Shown here: piece after piece, positions 5,663-14,674 of the stretch
Layout of the letters: every line of letters begins with the position of its first letter
Numbering within the stretch: position 1 is the stretch's first letter
Position numbers and translations under genes: made by a program
DNA from: an uncultured virus (IMG/VR IMGVR_UViG_3300031758_000011)
Taxonomy: Duplodnaviria > Heunggongvirae > Uroviricota > Caudoviricetes
Strand: one strand, 5' to 3'
Length of the DNA stretch: 20,000 nt
Virus record (IMG/VR): IMGVR_UViG_3300031758_000011
Span: 106,524 to 126,523 of that record
Notes under the pieces: generated by a model
What the model saw: only the letters and a program-made list of their open reading frames with translations
Told to the model about the DNA's origin: nothing
Database searches by the model: none

Positions 5663-6299
5663 TAAGGATATTAAAGTTTCAGCACAAGTTGTGCTAATTA
5701 ATCCAGAAGGTTACATTTTAGGTGTTTCTAGAAAAGATGACCATAATGATTTCGGATTACCTGGAGGAAAAATGGACCCAGAAGACAATGGTGACCCTAA
5801 AACCACAGCGATACGTGAAACAAAAGAAGAAACTGGATTAGATGTCACTAATCTAAGACTTATTTTTGCTATCCATAAAGATGGGTTCATGGGTTTCACA
5901 TATCTAGCTGATTATTCTGGTAATATAGAACATAACGAACCACATGTTGTTAAATGGCAACCAATGGAAGTATTGGTTAATGGTAGATTTGGTAAATACA
6001 ACAAACTAGTATCGGAATCAATGAATGATATGGGTATTCAATACAAATATAACGTTGACGCTAAAGCAATCAAAGAAGATGTTTCTAGAGTTATTGATGA
6101 ATACTTTAAAGGTGAGTTAAAAGTTGAGTTTATTAGAAAATCATGGAATGATAATTCATACATTGTTTATTTTGTTGATGAAAAGGGCGAGTTGGAAGAA
6201 AGTTTTGGTTTTGACAAGAAGTTAGACGCTAGATTTGATGCGTTATCTAGGAAATATGGTGTTACTATCAGAATTGATTCAAGTTATTATTGCAAGTAA
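5652..6299 (+). CDS. Nudix hydrolase with a C-terminal extension
   Basis: Nudix box LPGGKMDPEDNGDPKTTAIRETKEETGL. Confidence 0.88.
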   Translation: MKIDKDIKVSAQVVLINPEGYILGVSRKDDHNDFGLPGGKMDPEDNGDPKTTAIRETKEETGLDVTNLRLIFAIHKDGFMGFTYLADYSGNIEHNEPHVVKWQPMEVLVNGRFGKYNKLVSESMNDMGIQYKYNVDAKAIKEDVSRVIDEYFKGELKVEFIRKSWNDNSYIVYFVDEKGELEESFGFDKKLDARFDALSRKYGVTIRIDSSYYCK

Positions 6300-6334
6300 T
6301 TGTTTTATTTAGTATATTAGTTAAAAATAGTTTT

Positions 6335-6688
6335 ATGAACAGAAAAGAAATCGACAGAAGATTGGATTTAAGTACCAAATTTATGAAAATGGGCCAATCT
6401 CTTATTACTGAAGGTAAAGAAGAAGGTGATATAGCTTTAGCTCAATTTGGTACAATTATGGTTTTTATGAGTGGTTTACTCATAGGTGGTGATGATGATA
6501 TATTTAAATTTTCTGACTTATGCTCAATGTTTTCATCAAAGAAGATATTAGACGCTATGCAAGATGAAAACCCTATTGCTGATTTATTTAACAATAAATT
6601 GGATGATAAAACTTATGATGAGTTTATCAAAAAAATAAATAGCCTAAGAGATAAAAACAATGGTAAAAACGATGATGAAATAAATTAA
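6335..6688 (+). CDS. hypothetical protein
   Basis: Likely start ATG 6335, after the promoter variant TTG-N20-TATATTAG (6290-6320). Confidence 0.6.
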   Translation: MNRKEIDRRLDLSTKFMKMGQSLITEGKEEGDIALAQFGTIMVFMSGLLIGGDDDIFKFSDLCSMFSSKKILDAMQDENPIADLFNNKLDDKTYDEFIKKINSLRDKNNGKNDDEIN

Positions 6689-6698
6689 TCATCGTTTT
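6666..6698 (+). terminator. possible terminator hairpin
   Basis: AAAACGATGAT/ATCATCGTTTT inverted repeat over the stop codon, followed by a T-rich run. Confidence 0.4.
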
Positions 6699-6699
6699 A

Positions 6700-6731
6700 T
6701 TTGTTTTATTAAAAATTTATACCTACATTTG
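6700..6731 (+). promoter_or_regulatory. Bacteroidota-type promoter
   Basis: TTTG-N20-TACATTTG. Confidence 0.75.
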
Positions 6732-6753
6732 TCTAACATTAAAAAATTAACGC

Positions 6754-7878
6754 ATGTTAGCTATACAAAAATATTTAAGAACACACGGTTTAGAAAAAAC
6801 AATCAAAGACTTTTCTTTAAAAACTAGAGAGTATGAACACAAAATACTCTTGAAGTATGACCAATTAGTGTCACCAACACTTATGTCATTGCCAGAGATG
6901 CAAGATTGTCGTGGAATCATCCTTGAAAAAGGTACTTGGAACGTAATGTCTTTGGCGTTTAGAAAATTCTTCAACTCTGAAGAAGGTAACGCTGCTAAAA
7001 TAGATTGGAATACTGCACAAGTACTTGAAAAATTGGATGGTACTATGATACAAGTGTATTATGATTGGCACGACATGACATGGTATGCTGGTACTACTGG
7101 TACTGCAAACGGTGAAGGTGAAGTTAACAACAAAAATGGTACTAAATTTAACGAATTGTTTTGGGATACTGTTAACAACAAATACACATTCAATGCATGT
7201 TTGTTAAATTATGATTATATCTATGTGTTTGAGTTAACTACACCATATAACATAGTAGTAAAACCACATGGTGAATCATCAGCGACTTTGTTGGCTGTTA
7301 GAAACAGAAAAACACTTGTTGAGTTGTCTGGGAGAGACTTGGAAATGACTGCGGTATCATTGGATATACCATTGGTAAAATCTTTTGATTTAAACGCAAA
7401 AAATGTTGGTCACTTGTTGAAAACATTTGAAGGTATGCCATGGTCTGAAGAAGGTTATGTTGTACGTGATGGTAATGACAATCGTGTTAAAGTGAAAAAT
7501 CCAGCATATGTTGCGGTACACCACTTGAAAGGTAAAACTGCTGAACACAACATATTAACTATTGTAAAAACTAACGAGATAGAAGAATTTGCTGCTACTT
7601 TCCCAGAAAGAACAGAAGAATTAAATCGTCTTAAAGAGTCTTACGATGCGTTGGTTGCAAAATTGAATGTTGTATGGGATGAATTAAAGTTGCGTAAACC
7701 AAAAAACGTAACAAAACCAGAACAAAAAAAGTTTGCTGCTGCTGTGTTTGAAGTTTGTGAGAAATATGATTTAAAAAACTTTACTGGGTTGTATTTTGGG
7801 TTGAAAGATTACAAAATAGCATCAGTTGAAGAATATATGTTTAACTATGACGATAAAACGTTATATAAAATGTTGTAA
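6754..7878 (+). CDS. T4 Rnl1-like RNA ligase
   Basis: DCRGIIL, FRKFFN, motif I EKLDGT, VFELT, EEGYV, VKVKNPAY. Confidence 0.9.
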   Translation: MLAIQKYLRTHGLEKTIKDFSLKTREYEHKILLKYDQLVSPTLMSLPEMQDCRGIILEKGTWNVMSLAFRKFFNSEEGNAAKIDWNTAQVLEKLDGTMIQVYYDWHDMTWYAGTTGTANGEGEVNNKNGTKFNELFWDTVNNKYTFNACLLNYDYIYVFELTTPYNIVVKPHGESSATLLAVRNRKTLVELSGRDLEMTAVSLDIPLVKSFDLNAKNVGHLLKTFEGMPWSEEGYVVRDGNDNRVKVKNPAYVAVHHLKGKTAEHNILTIVKTNEIEEFAATFPERTEELNRLKESYDALVAKLNVVWDELKLRKPKNVTKPEQKKFAAAVFEVCEKYDLKNFTGLYFGLKDYKIASVEEYMFNYDDKTLYKML

Positions 7879-7942
7879 TATGTTAATTGATGGAGGACCA
7901 GAAGGGTTTCAATGGTTTAGAAGTGAAACAAAAAAAGAAAAA

Positions 7943-8191
7943 ATGGAAAATAACGAAATAACAGCGGATTGGGCTAGAAAAACAGCCCAATCTATTTTAG
8001 GTGAAAAAGTGCGAAAAGAAGTTGATGTTTGCTTAAATGGGGTTAAAAAAGCTGTAGAACAGAATAAATTAAGCACTACTATTGCTATATATGTTGATGA
8101 TTTAACCAAAAAAGAGTTAGAAAACAGAGGTTTTATAGTAAACAAATATAGCGACCAACGTGATGGTAGTTATACAACAATATCTTGGTAA
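7943..8191 (+). CDS. hypothetical protein (alternative start 7880)
   Basis: ORF with an A-rich leader before ATG 7943. Confidence 0.6.
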   Translation: MENNEITADWARKTAQSILGEKVRKEVDVCLNGVKKAVEQNKLSTTIAIYVDDLTKKELENRGFIVNKYSDQRDGSYTTISW

Positions 8192-8192
8192 T

Positions 8193-8417
8193 ATGACTAG
8201 AGAGTTTTACACAGAATTAGCTGAACTAATTAAGAAACATAAGATGACATTAGTTACTGGCACACATCAAGGTTTAGAATCATTTACTAAATCATTTGAA
8301 GGTCGAATGTTCTTTGTTACTGATGGGACGAAGAGTCATCATTTACAAGGTGGTGAAAGTATGTTGCATGAAGCATCAACTATTATTAAATTAGAAAAAA
8401 ATAGATATCGTGGATAG
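8193..8417 (+). CDS. hypothetical protein
   Basis: ATG 1 nt after the upstream stop codon. Confidence 0.55.
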   Translation: MTREFYTELAELIKKHKMTLVTGTHQGLESFTKSFEGRMFFVTDGTKSHHLQGGESMLHEASTIIKLEKNRYRG

Positions 8418-8634
8418 AGAAGCGTTAAAGAAAGAAGTGATGGGTAAGGTTGTTAAAAAATCTTACCCAGAACTAGAAAAAGGTGGTCAACATTGTGGTG
8501 TGCCAAGAGGTGTCAGTTTGTATTGTGAAGAATTTGATATTGAAATCAGAATGCAAGCTCATAGGTCTCAATATAGAAATTTAGAATTGGCAGCAACACT
8601 TATGGAGTTGGCTATCGATGAATTAATAAAATAA
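8410..8634 (+). CDS. minimal class-I release-factor GGQ domain protein
   Basis: GGQH...VSL...IEIRMQAHRSQYRNLELA matches the RF domain 3 pattern GGQHVN...CQxxRSQxxNxxxA. Confidence 0.7.
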   Translation: MDREALKKEVMGKVVKKSYPELEKGGQHCGVPRGVSLYCEEFDIEIRMQAHRSQYRNLELAATLMELAIDELIK

Positions 8635-8637
8635 AAT

Positions 8638-8922
8638 ATGAAAGAAATATTAGCAAATCCGTATTTATCAGCATTTGTTGTGTTGATTAGTCAAATCATT
8701 TTCATTTATTTGAGAACAATAAATGTTATTTATACTGCTGAACGTAAAATGGTTCCAGCAATCATAAGTGGTAATGGGATTGGGTTAGCATGGTTAGTAT
8801 CGATATCTATCGGTGGTAATTCAATAATGCATGGTGAGTTCTTACCAATATTAGCATTTTTAATTGGTGGTACGTTAGGTACTTATTGGGGTATTAAAAA
8901 AGAAATGAATAAACATGAGTAA
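8638..8922 (+). CDS. small membrane protein (about 3 TM helices, DUF5698/UPF0316-like)
   Basis: Hydrophobic segments; IYLRTINV and GGTLGTYWG motifs. Confidence 0.55.
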   Translation: MKEILANPYLSAFVVLISQIIFIYLRTINVIYTAERKMVPAIISGNGIGLAWLVSISIGGNSIMHGEFLPILAFLIGGTLGTYWGIKKEMNKHE

Positions 8923-9097
8923 AGATAGTATACAAAATGATTCTCGTATTGAAGAGGAAAACAAACCTAAAGTTTATACAGAAAGGGATGTTATCGAATT
9001 ATTAATAGCTTGTAAAGATAGATTTGGTGGTTCAGAGTTATATGACTACACTAGCGATTCTGAAGTTATTGAATGGTTTAATCGAATTAAAAAATAA
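8915..9097 (+). CDS. hypothetical protein
   Basis: 60-aa coupled ORF. Confidence 0.5.
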   Translation: MSKDSIQNDSRIEEENKPKVYTERDVIELLIACKDRFGGSELYDYTSDSEVIEWFNRIKK

Positions 9098-9099
9098 AC

Positions 9100-9465
9100 A
9101 TGAGTAGAGAAGAATTTGAACAATATCTTATTTCCATTGGTGGTGTTTATAATTGGAAAGGTGCTAACCTTACCAACCCATCTATGTTTGGTGTTGGTGA
9201 AGGTTGGTTTCAGTTGTTAAAGAACCTCATAGACGAACTTTTATCGTTAGGTTGGGATAGAACTATGATTCAATCAAAAGAGAAGTTTGGTGGGCTTAAT
9301 TTCTACGTAAAAGACCCAACACCAGAGATGCATGACATAATATTAACATATGAAAAGTTATCATATGAAATATGTGAAGTTTGTGGTGACCATGGCTATC
9401 CTAGAAAGTTGGATTGGATAAAAAGTTTGTGTGATAAACATGCTGCTGAAAAAGGAATTGATTAA
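9100..9465 (+). CDS. conserved hypothetical protein with a putative Zn-binding site
   Basis: GEGW...KEKFGGLNFY...CEVCG...LCDKH. Confidence 0.65.
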   Translation: MSREEFEQYLISIGGVYNWKGANLTNPSMFGVGEGWFQLLKNLIDELLSLGWDRTMIQSKEKFGGLNFYVKDPTPEMHDIILTYEKLSYEICEVCGDHGYPRKLDWIKSLCDKHAAEKGID

Positions 9466-9480
9466 AAATTTTAAATTAGA

Positions 9481-9512
9481 TTTGGTGGATTCAATTTAAA
9501 TTCGTACATTTG
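9481..9512 (+). promoter_or_regulatory. Bacteroidota-type promoter
   Basis: TTTG-N20-TACATTTG. Confidence 0.75.
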
Positions 9513-9531
9513 TAAAACAAAAGAAAAAAAT

Positions 9532-10926
9532 ATGACTATTAAACAGATTTTTGACGAGATTGCATCAACTAGTGGTAACAACGCTAAGATTGAAATCCTT
9601 AAAAAATACTCAGACAATGAGTTATTGAGAAGAGTGTTATATATGGCTAACTCTAAACGAGTTAAGTTTTATATTAAACGTGTACCAGAATACACTCACA
9701 ACCAAGTTGATTGGACGTTAGAACAAGCGTTGGGTATGTTGATGCAAATCGCAAACCGTGACTTCACTGGTCAACTAGCTATTGATAAACTAACTATTTG
9801 GTTAGAAAACGTATCAGCTGACGATGCTTACATTATTGAACGTATTATCGATAAAGATTGTAAGATTGGTATGGGTACAACTTTTATCAATAAAGTTTTC
9901 AAAGACTTAATCGAAGATACGCCATATATGGGTGCTGTATCATTTGACGAAAAGAAAGCACGTAAAATTTTTGAGAAAGGTGGAAGAGGTTATTCACAAG
10001 TTAAAATGGATGGTCGTTATTGTAACGCAGTTATTCGTAATGGTGAAGTTGAACTAGAAAGCCGACAAGGTGAAGCAACTATTCTTACTGGTGCTAAATT
10101 TCTTTCAGAACTAAGTAATTTTGAAGATTGTGTGTTAAATGGTGAATTAACAATGGATGGGATTCCACGTTATGAATCTAACGGTATTATTGCATCATTG
10201 ATTGATATTTGTGGTAAGAAAGAAAGTCGTTCTGAAAAAGAAAATGAAAAGAAAATTGCTGCTTTTGAAGAAAAACACGGTGAATTACAAGAAGCGTTAG
10301 ATAAAATTCGTTACACAGTTTGGGATACTATATCAATTGATGAATATTTCGAGAAAGGTTCTAAAACACCATATAATGAAAGACTTGAATTTGCTGCTAG
10401 TTATGTATCTGTGGCTAATGCAACAATGATTTCAGTTGTTGAATCAGTAATTGTTGAAACATATGAAGATGCGATTAAACACTTCCAAGAAATATTAGGT
10501 AGAGGTGAAGAAGGTACTATTCTTAAAGCATATGATGGTAGTTGGAAAGATGGTAAACCAACACATCAAATCAAAATGAAGTTGGAATTAACGTTGGATT
10601 TGGTTATCACTGGGTTTAACTATGGTACAAAAGGTACCAAAAACGAAAATGTAATCAGTTCATTCAATGCTGAGACATCATGTGGTAAATTAAAAACAAG
10701 ACCACAAGGGTTAACAGAGTCTTTGATGGCTGAAATTACAGAGAATCAAGACAATTTGTTAGGTACTATCATCGAAGTTAAGTGTTCTGGGTTATCTTTT
10801 GACCACACTGGTGCATACTCATTGTTATATCCAGCGTTTAAACACTTTAGAGATGACAAATCAGAGGCTAACTCACTTGACGAGTGTATAGAAATACAAA
10901 ATGCAGCAATAGGTTTAACAGTATAA
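9532..10926 (+). CDS. ATP-dependent DNA ligase (T4 gp30-like)
   Basis: Motif I KMDGRY, SRQG, LNGEL, VWD, GEEGTILK, IKMK; C-terminal OB fold ending SLLYPAF..FRDDK. Confidence 0.93.
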   Translation: MTIKQIFDEIASTSGNNAKIEILKKYSDNELLRRVLYMANSKRVKFYIKRVPEYTHNQVDWTLEQALGMLMQIANRDFTGQLAIDKLTIWLENVSADDAYIIERIIDKDCKIGMGTTFINKVFKDLIEDTPYMGAVSFDEKKARKIFEKGGRGYSQVKMDGRYCNAVIRNGEVELESRQGEATILTGAKFLSELSNFEDCVLNGELTMDGIPRYESNGIIASLIDICGKKESRSEKENEKKIAAFEEKHGELQEALDKIRYTVWDTISIDEYFEKGSKTPYNERLEFAASYVSVANATMISVVESVIVETYEDAIKHFQEILGRGEEGTILKAYDGSWKDGKPTHQIKMKLELTLDLVITGFNYGTKGTKNENVISSFNAETSCGKLKTRPQGLTESLMAEITENQDNLLGTIIEVKCSGLSFDHTGAYSLLYPAFKHFRDDKSEANSLDECIEIQNAAIGLTV

Positions 10927-10928
10927 GT

Positions 10929-11123
10929 ATGGTAGCAGTATTAGTAGTAGCATTGGGTATTTTATTGGTAGTAATAGCATTTGCCATATTATTTGTTGTT
11001 TATAAAGTAAATAAATTAAAAAATAGAGTAGAAGACACGGTAATTGATAGTGTAAAACAAGTAATTGTTGAACATGGTCCAGAAGCTGTAAAGTATGTTA
11101 AAAATAAAGTAGATAAAAAATGA
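10929..11123 (+). CDS. small single-pass membrane protein
   Basis: Long hydrophobic N-terminus from ATG 10929. Confidence 0.6.
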   Translation: MVAVLVVALGILLVVIAFAILFVVYKVNKLKNRVEDTVIDSVKQVIVEHGPEAVKYVKNKVDKK

Positions 11124-11578
11124 GAAAATTAGTATTATTAGTAATGTGTATGTGGGCGGTTAGCACTTTCGCACAAGATTCAACAAAATGTAATGTTGGA
11201 AAGTATGTATCATGGGGTGTTTCATTATCAAACAATTCAGATTTTAACACTGGTTCATATAGTTCATTAGAATTTGGTGTTGTGTGTAACGATGTAGCTT
11301 TTGGGTTAGCGTTAGGTAGAGGTAGTTTAGATGGTATTTTTAAGAATGATGATATTAGAAACTATTTCTATGAAGTTAAAGTAGCACCATCATTCCCTAT
11401 TGGTAAAGTATATGGTAATATCATATTGGGTGTCGGTAGTTACATTGATACTAAACATAATTTTATTGAATACGGATTAGGTGTATCATATACACATAAT
11501 AAGATAGGATATGGCGTGTCTTACACAAACTGGGATGGTGTCGATTACGTAACACCAAGTATTAGTTACAATTTTTAA
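11120..11578 (+). CDS. putative small outer-membrane beta-barrel protein
   Basis: Signal peptide (AVSTFA-Q); alternating Gly/aromatic beta strands; terminal SISYNF beta-signal. Confidence 0.6.
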   Translation: MRKLVLLVMCMWAVSTFAQDSTKCNVGKYVSWGVSLSNNSDFNTGSYSSLEFGVVCNDVAFGLALGRGSLDGIFKNDDIRNYFYEVKVAPSFPIGKVYGNIILGVGSYIDTKHNFIEYGLGVSYTHNKIGYGVSYTNWDGVDYVTPSISYNF

Positions 11579-11593
11579 AAAAAAAAGAATAAC

Positions 11594-11965
11594 ATGAATA
11601 AAAATAAACGATTAATCAAGTTCCCGTCTATTGAACAATTTAGAACAGTTGTTTCTAATGTCAACAGACATTTCAACTTTGTTGGTTTGGATGAAAATGG
11701 TGAGGCGATTTATGACCCAACATTACCAAAACCAACAATTACGTTCAAAGGTGCTATAAAATTACATGGTACCAATGCTGGTGTGTCTTTTAACGCACTA
11801 AGCGGTATGTGGGCTCAATCTCGTGAGAATATTATCACACCAGCACCTTCAAAATTAATAGAAATTGAGTTTGAAGATGGTTCAAAACAATTATTTGATG
11901 AAAATGCGATTATTAATGGTAAAGTAATTAATGATTATAAAATAGGTGAGATTATTGTTTTATAG
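11594..11965 (+). CDS. Rnl2-family RNA ligase, N-terminal fragment with a 40-aa appended tail
   Basis: KFPSIEQF, motif I KLHGTN, QSRENIITP; ligase-like sequence ends near 11842. Confidence 0.85.
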   Translation: MNKNKRLIKFPSIEQFRTVVSNVNRHFNFVGLDENGEAIYDPTLPKPTITFKGAIKLHGTNAGVSFNALSGMWAQSRENIITPAPSKLIEIEFEDGSKQLFDENAIINGKVINDYKIGEIIVL

Positions 11966-12782
11966 CATACCAATTTTTATATTTGTAAAAATCTTTATTG
12001 GTTAATATAGTAATAATTCGTTTATCAGTAATATTTTCATAAAGTTTGATGTTGTTTCTTTTTGAATTATATAATTCAGTATATGGTAATTTATGTTCCT
12101 TACAAAATTTTCTTAAATTTATTGTTACTACATAAATTAATTCATTGTTGTTGTTATATATGTGGATAATTTCAGCCTCTTTTTGGTAATTTGTTTTATC
12201 TTTTTTAGGTTGTTTTAATTTGTCTCTAGTAGACATTGTTTCACCATCTTTAATAACGTCCAAACGTTCTTTATATTTTTTAGCTGCTAATTGATGGATA
12301 TTTAACCCATCAGATGTGATAGTGTTTCTTTTTGTCTCATCACCTTTTCTAGCGGCTAAATTATATAGATTTTGACCATTATTGTTAATAGTTGTTTTCA
12401 TAGTATTAACTTTTTTTGTTATTGCATTTTTGCGTGATTCTGGGTTGTGTTTTTTACCAAGAAAACCGTAAATAAAACCAGTTGTTGTTACGTTTGATTT
12501 ATTATAAAATTTATCATTTTTAGCAACATTGAATTTAGCATGTAAATGCGACTCAAATAATAAAGCTTCATTTCTAGAATTAAAAACTCTAACTATAACA
12601 TATTTGTAATTGTGTGTATTTAATTTTTGGTCGTTAATAAATTCTTTGTCAGAGCTAGAACTAAAATAACTCACACCTAAATCATATTTAGGTTCTATTT
12701 TTGATGTTCTAGAACCATAGTAATGTTTTTTATTTAGTTTATTAGTAATTCTATAAACATAATGGTAATTTTGTTTTTTCAT
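11952..12782 (-). CDS. GIY-YIG (Seg-like) homing endonuclease
   Basis: YVYRITNKLNKKHYYGSR...YFSSS...EALLFE...FYN; the only convincing minus-strand gene; interrupts the Rnl2 gene. Confidence 0.88.
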   Translation of the reverse strand: MKKQNYHYVYRITNKLNKKHYYGSRTSKIEPKYDLGVSYFSSSSDKEFINDQKLNTHNYKYVIVRVFNSRNEALLFESHLHAKFNVAKNDKFYNKSNVTTTGFIYGFLGKKHNPESRKNAITKKVNTMKTTINNNGQNLYNLAARKGDETKRNTITSDGLNIHQLAAKKYKERLDVIKDGETMSTRDKLKQPKKDKTNYQKEAEIIHIYNNNNELIYVVTINLRKFCKEHKLPYTELYNSKRNNIKLYENITDKRIITILTNKDFYKYKNWYAIKQ

Positions 12783-12820
12783 AATGCTGGTTTATCGTTT
12801 TTTAATAAATATCTATAAAA

Positions 12821-12852
12821 TTTGGAAAAGTTAAAAAAATGTCGTACATTTG
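12821..12852 (+). promoter_or_regulatory. Bacteroidota-type promoter that re-drives the downstream Rnl2 half
   Basis: TTTG-N20-TACATTTG; divergent from a minus-strand TATTTATT at 12804-12811. Confidence 0.75.
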
Positions 12853-12865
12853 TAAAAAATAAAAA

Positions 12866-13126
12866 ATGGAAAAGTTAGTTTTTGATTATACATATTGTTC
12901 CGAACCAGAGTGTTGGGAGTGGAATATACCATTTGAATATGAATCTAAAGAGAAATTCATACTTGATGTTTTAGAGAATCCTATGATTTTAGATGAACTA
13001 GGTATAACATCCGTATATGTATGGCAAATAGTGGAAAAAACTATATTTGAAGAAGATTACGTCAAAAATGTAGATGAATACGTATTCACTTTAGATGAAT
13101 GGTTTGAAAAAAATAAAAAAATATAA
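12866..13126 (+). CDS. hypothetical acidic protein between the Rnl2 halves
   Basis: 86-aa ORF directly after the promoter. Confidence 0.6.
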   Translation: MEKLVFDYTYCSEPECWEWNIPFEYESKEKFILDVLENPMILDELGITSVYVWQIVEKTIFEEDYVKNVDEYVFTLDEWFEKNKKI

Positions 13127-13134
13127 ACATAAAA

Positions 13135-13971
13135 ATGGAAAAGAAAATAAAAAATATTAGAGAAATTAAAACATCTGATAACGCTGGATTTGCATTTTTT
13201 GTGCATTCACATAAAGAAATTTTTGAAGCTATGATTAATGCTGTGTTGTTAAACAATGGTTTAGACGGTGATAAAAATACTGTAACAATCTACGGTGAAT
13301 GGGCTGGTGGTAATATTCAAAAAGGTGTTGGTGTTTGCAATTTACCTAAATCTTTCTTTATCTTTGGTGTTAAAATCACACCACATACTGAAACTGAAGA
13401 AGAGTTAAAAGCTAATCCAGCATATTGGGTTGATTACTCTTATTTAAGAGCACCAGAGCAGAATATTTACAATATTGACGATTACCCTACATATTCAATC
13501 GATATTGATTTTAACATGCCACAATTGGTACAAAATCAGTTGTCTGAGTTGACTATCAAAGTTGAAGAAGAATGTCCAGTAGCAAAAGCTTTTGGTTACT
13601 CTGGAATTGGTGAAGGTATTGTATGGACTGCTGATTTTAAAGGTGTTGTTCATCGTTTCAAGGTAAAGGGCGAACGCCACTCTAGTTCTAAAGTAAAAAC
13701 ACTTGCAGCTGTTGATGTTGAGAAATTAAATTCTATTAAAGAATTTGTTGATTATGCAGTATCTGAAAGTCGTTTTAACCAAGCGTTAGAAAACATTTTC
13801 CCAAACAACGAACCTATTGATGTTAAGAAAATGGGTGACGTTATCAGATGGGTTGTTAATGACGTTATCAAAGAAGAAATGGATACAATGGTAGAGAACC
13901 AATTGGAACCAAAAGAAATAAATAAATACATTTCATCTAAAGTAAGAGAAATGTTCTTTAAAATGGCTTAA
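13135..13971 (+). CDS. Rnl2-family RNA ligase, C-terminal fragment with a 13-aa appended head
   Basis: DNAGF, IYGEWAG, FFIFGV, GEGIVW, FKVKG (motifs III-V); lacks motif I. Confidence 0.87.
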   Translation: MEKKIKNIREIKTSDNAGFAFFVHSHKEIFEAMINAVLLNNGLDGDKNTVTIYGEWAGGNIQKGVGVCNLPKSFFIFGVKITPHTETEEELKANPAYWVDYSYLRAPEQNIYNIDDYPTYSIDIDFNMPQLVQNQLSELTIKVEEECPVAKAFGYSGIGEGIVWTADFKGVVHRFKVKGERHSSSKVKTLAAVDVEKLNSIKEFVDYAVSESRFNQALENIFPNNEPIDVKKMGDVIRWVVNDVIKEEMDTMVENQLEPKEINKYISSKVREMFFKMA

Positions 13972-13972
13972 T

Positions 13973-14173
13973 ATGAACGGAACTGTTTATAGATTAAAAC
14001 AAGATGTAACTGTCGCTAAAGGTATGGACCTTAAAGCTGGACAAGAATTAGAAGTGGTAATGGGAGTTGTCTACATGGGTGGTTTCCCATTACCCTTCGA
14101 AATGCAACAATTATTTGTTAAATTCATTGATAACAACAAAAATTTGTTTGTAGATGATACTAGAACGTGGTAA
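13973..14173 (+). CDS. hypothetical protein
   Basis: 66-aa coupled ORF. Confidence 0.55.
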   Translation: MNGTVYRLKQDVTVAKGMDLKAGQELEVVMGVVYMGGFPLPFEMQQLFVKFIDNNKNLFVDDTRTW

Positions 14174-14645
14174 AAAGAAATGTGATTGTGGTAATGTAGC
14201 TGTATGGTTATACATGCCAGGTTATGCCAATAATGATAACCCATATATCTGTGATGATTGTATTGGTACACCAGATGATATTGGTTGTTCATGCAACTGG
14301 CATTATGGTTTACCACAAGAAGGATTACCAACAGATGAACCAGAAGGTATTGAAAGTAAAGATTGGCGATGGGTTGAATACGAAGGTGATGAATATACTG
14401 ATAAAATAACCAAAGAAGAAGATGGTTATTGGCAGTATATTGATGAACGTGGTAGACCATATCCATGTAATGAGTATGAATATGATGAAGATGGTTTCAC
14501 AGATTACACATGGTTGGGTGAAAAAGTTGCTAATTTAGATATGCGATTCTATTTTTTTAAAGAAAGAATAAAACGTAAGTTTAAAAATTGGTGGAAAAGA
14601 AATATTGCTGATTATATACCAAAACATTTGGAAGATAATTTTTAA
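14154..14645 (+). CDS. Cys-rich hypothetical protein
   Basis: CDCG..CDDC..CSC..PC; 163 aa. Confidence 0.6.
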   Translation: MILERGKKKCDCGNVAVWLYMPGYANNDNPYICDDCIGTPDDIGCSCNWHYGLPQEGLPTDEPEGIESKDWRWVEYEGDEYTDKITKEEDGYWQYIDERGRPYPCNEYEYDEDGFTDYTWLGEKVANLDMRFYFFKERIKRKFKNWWKRNIADYIPKHLEDNF

Positions 14646-14658
14646 ATTAGTAAATTTG
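14627..14658 (+). promoter_or_regulatory. Bacteroidota-type promoter
   Basis: TTTG-N20-TAAATTTG upstream of the PARP gene. Confidence 0.7.
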
Positions 14659-14674
14659 TATAAAATATTGAAGT

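Noticed and set aside
11843..13173. Functional split intein or self-splicing intron in Rnl2
   Set aside because: No recognisable intein block A, TxxH or C-terminal HN; the intervening DNA holds an antisense gene, a promoter and another ORF, with no recognisable intron core.
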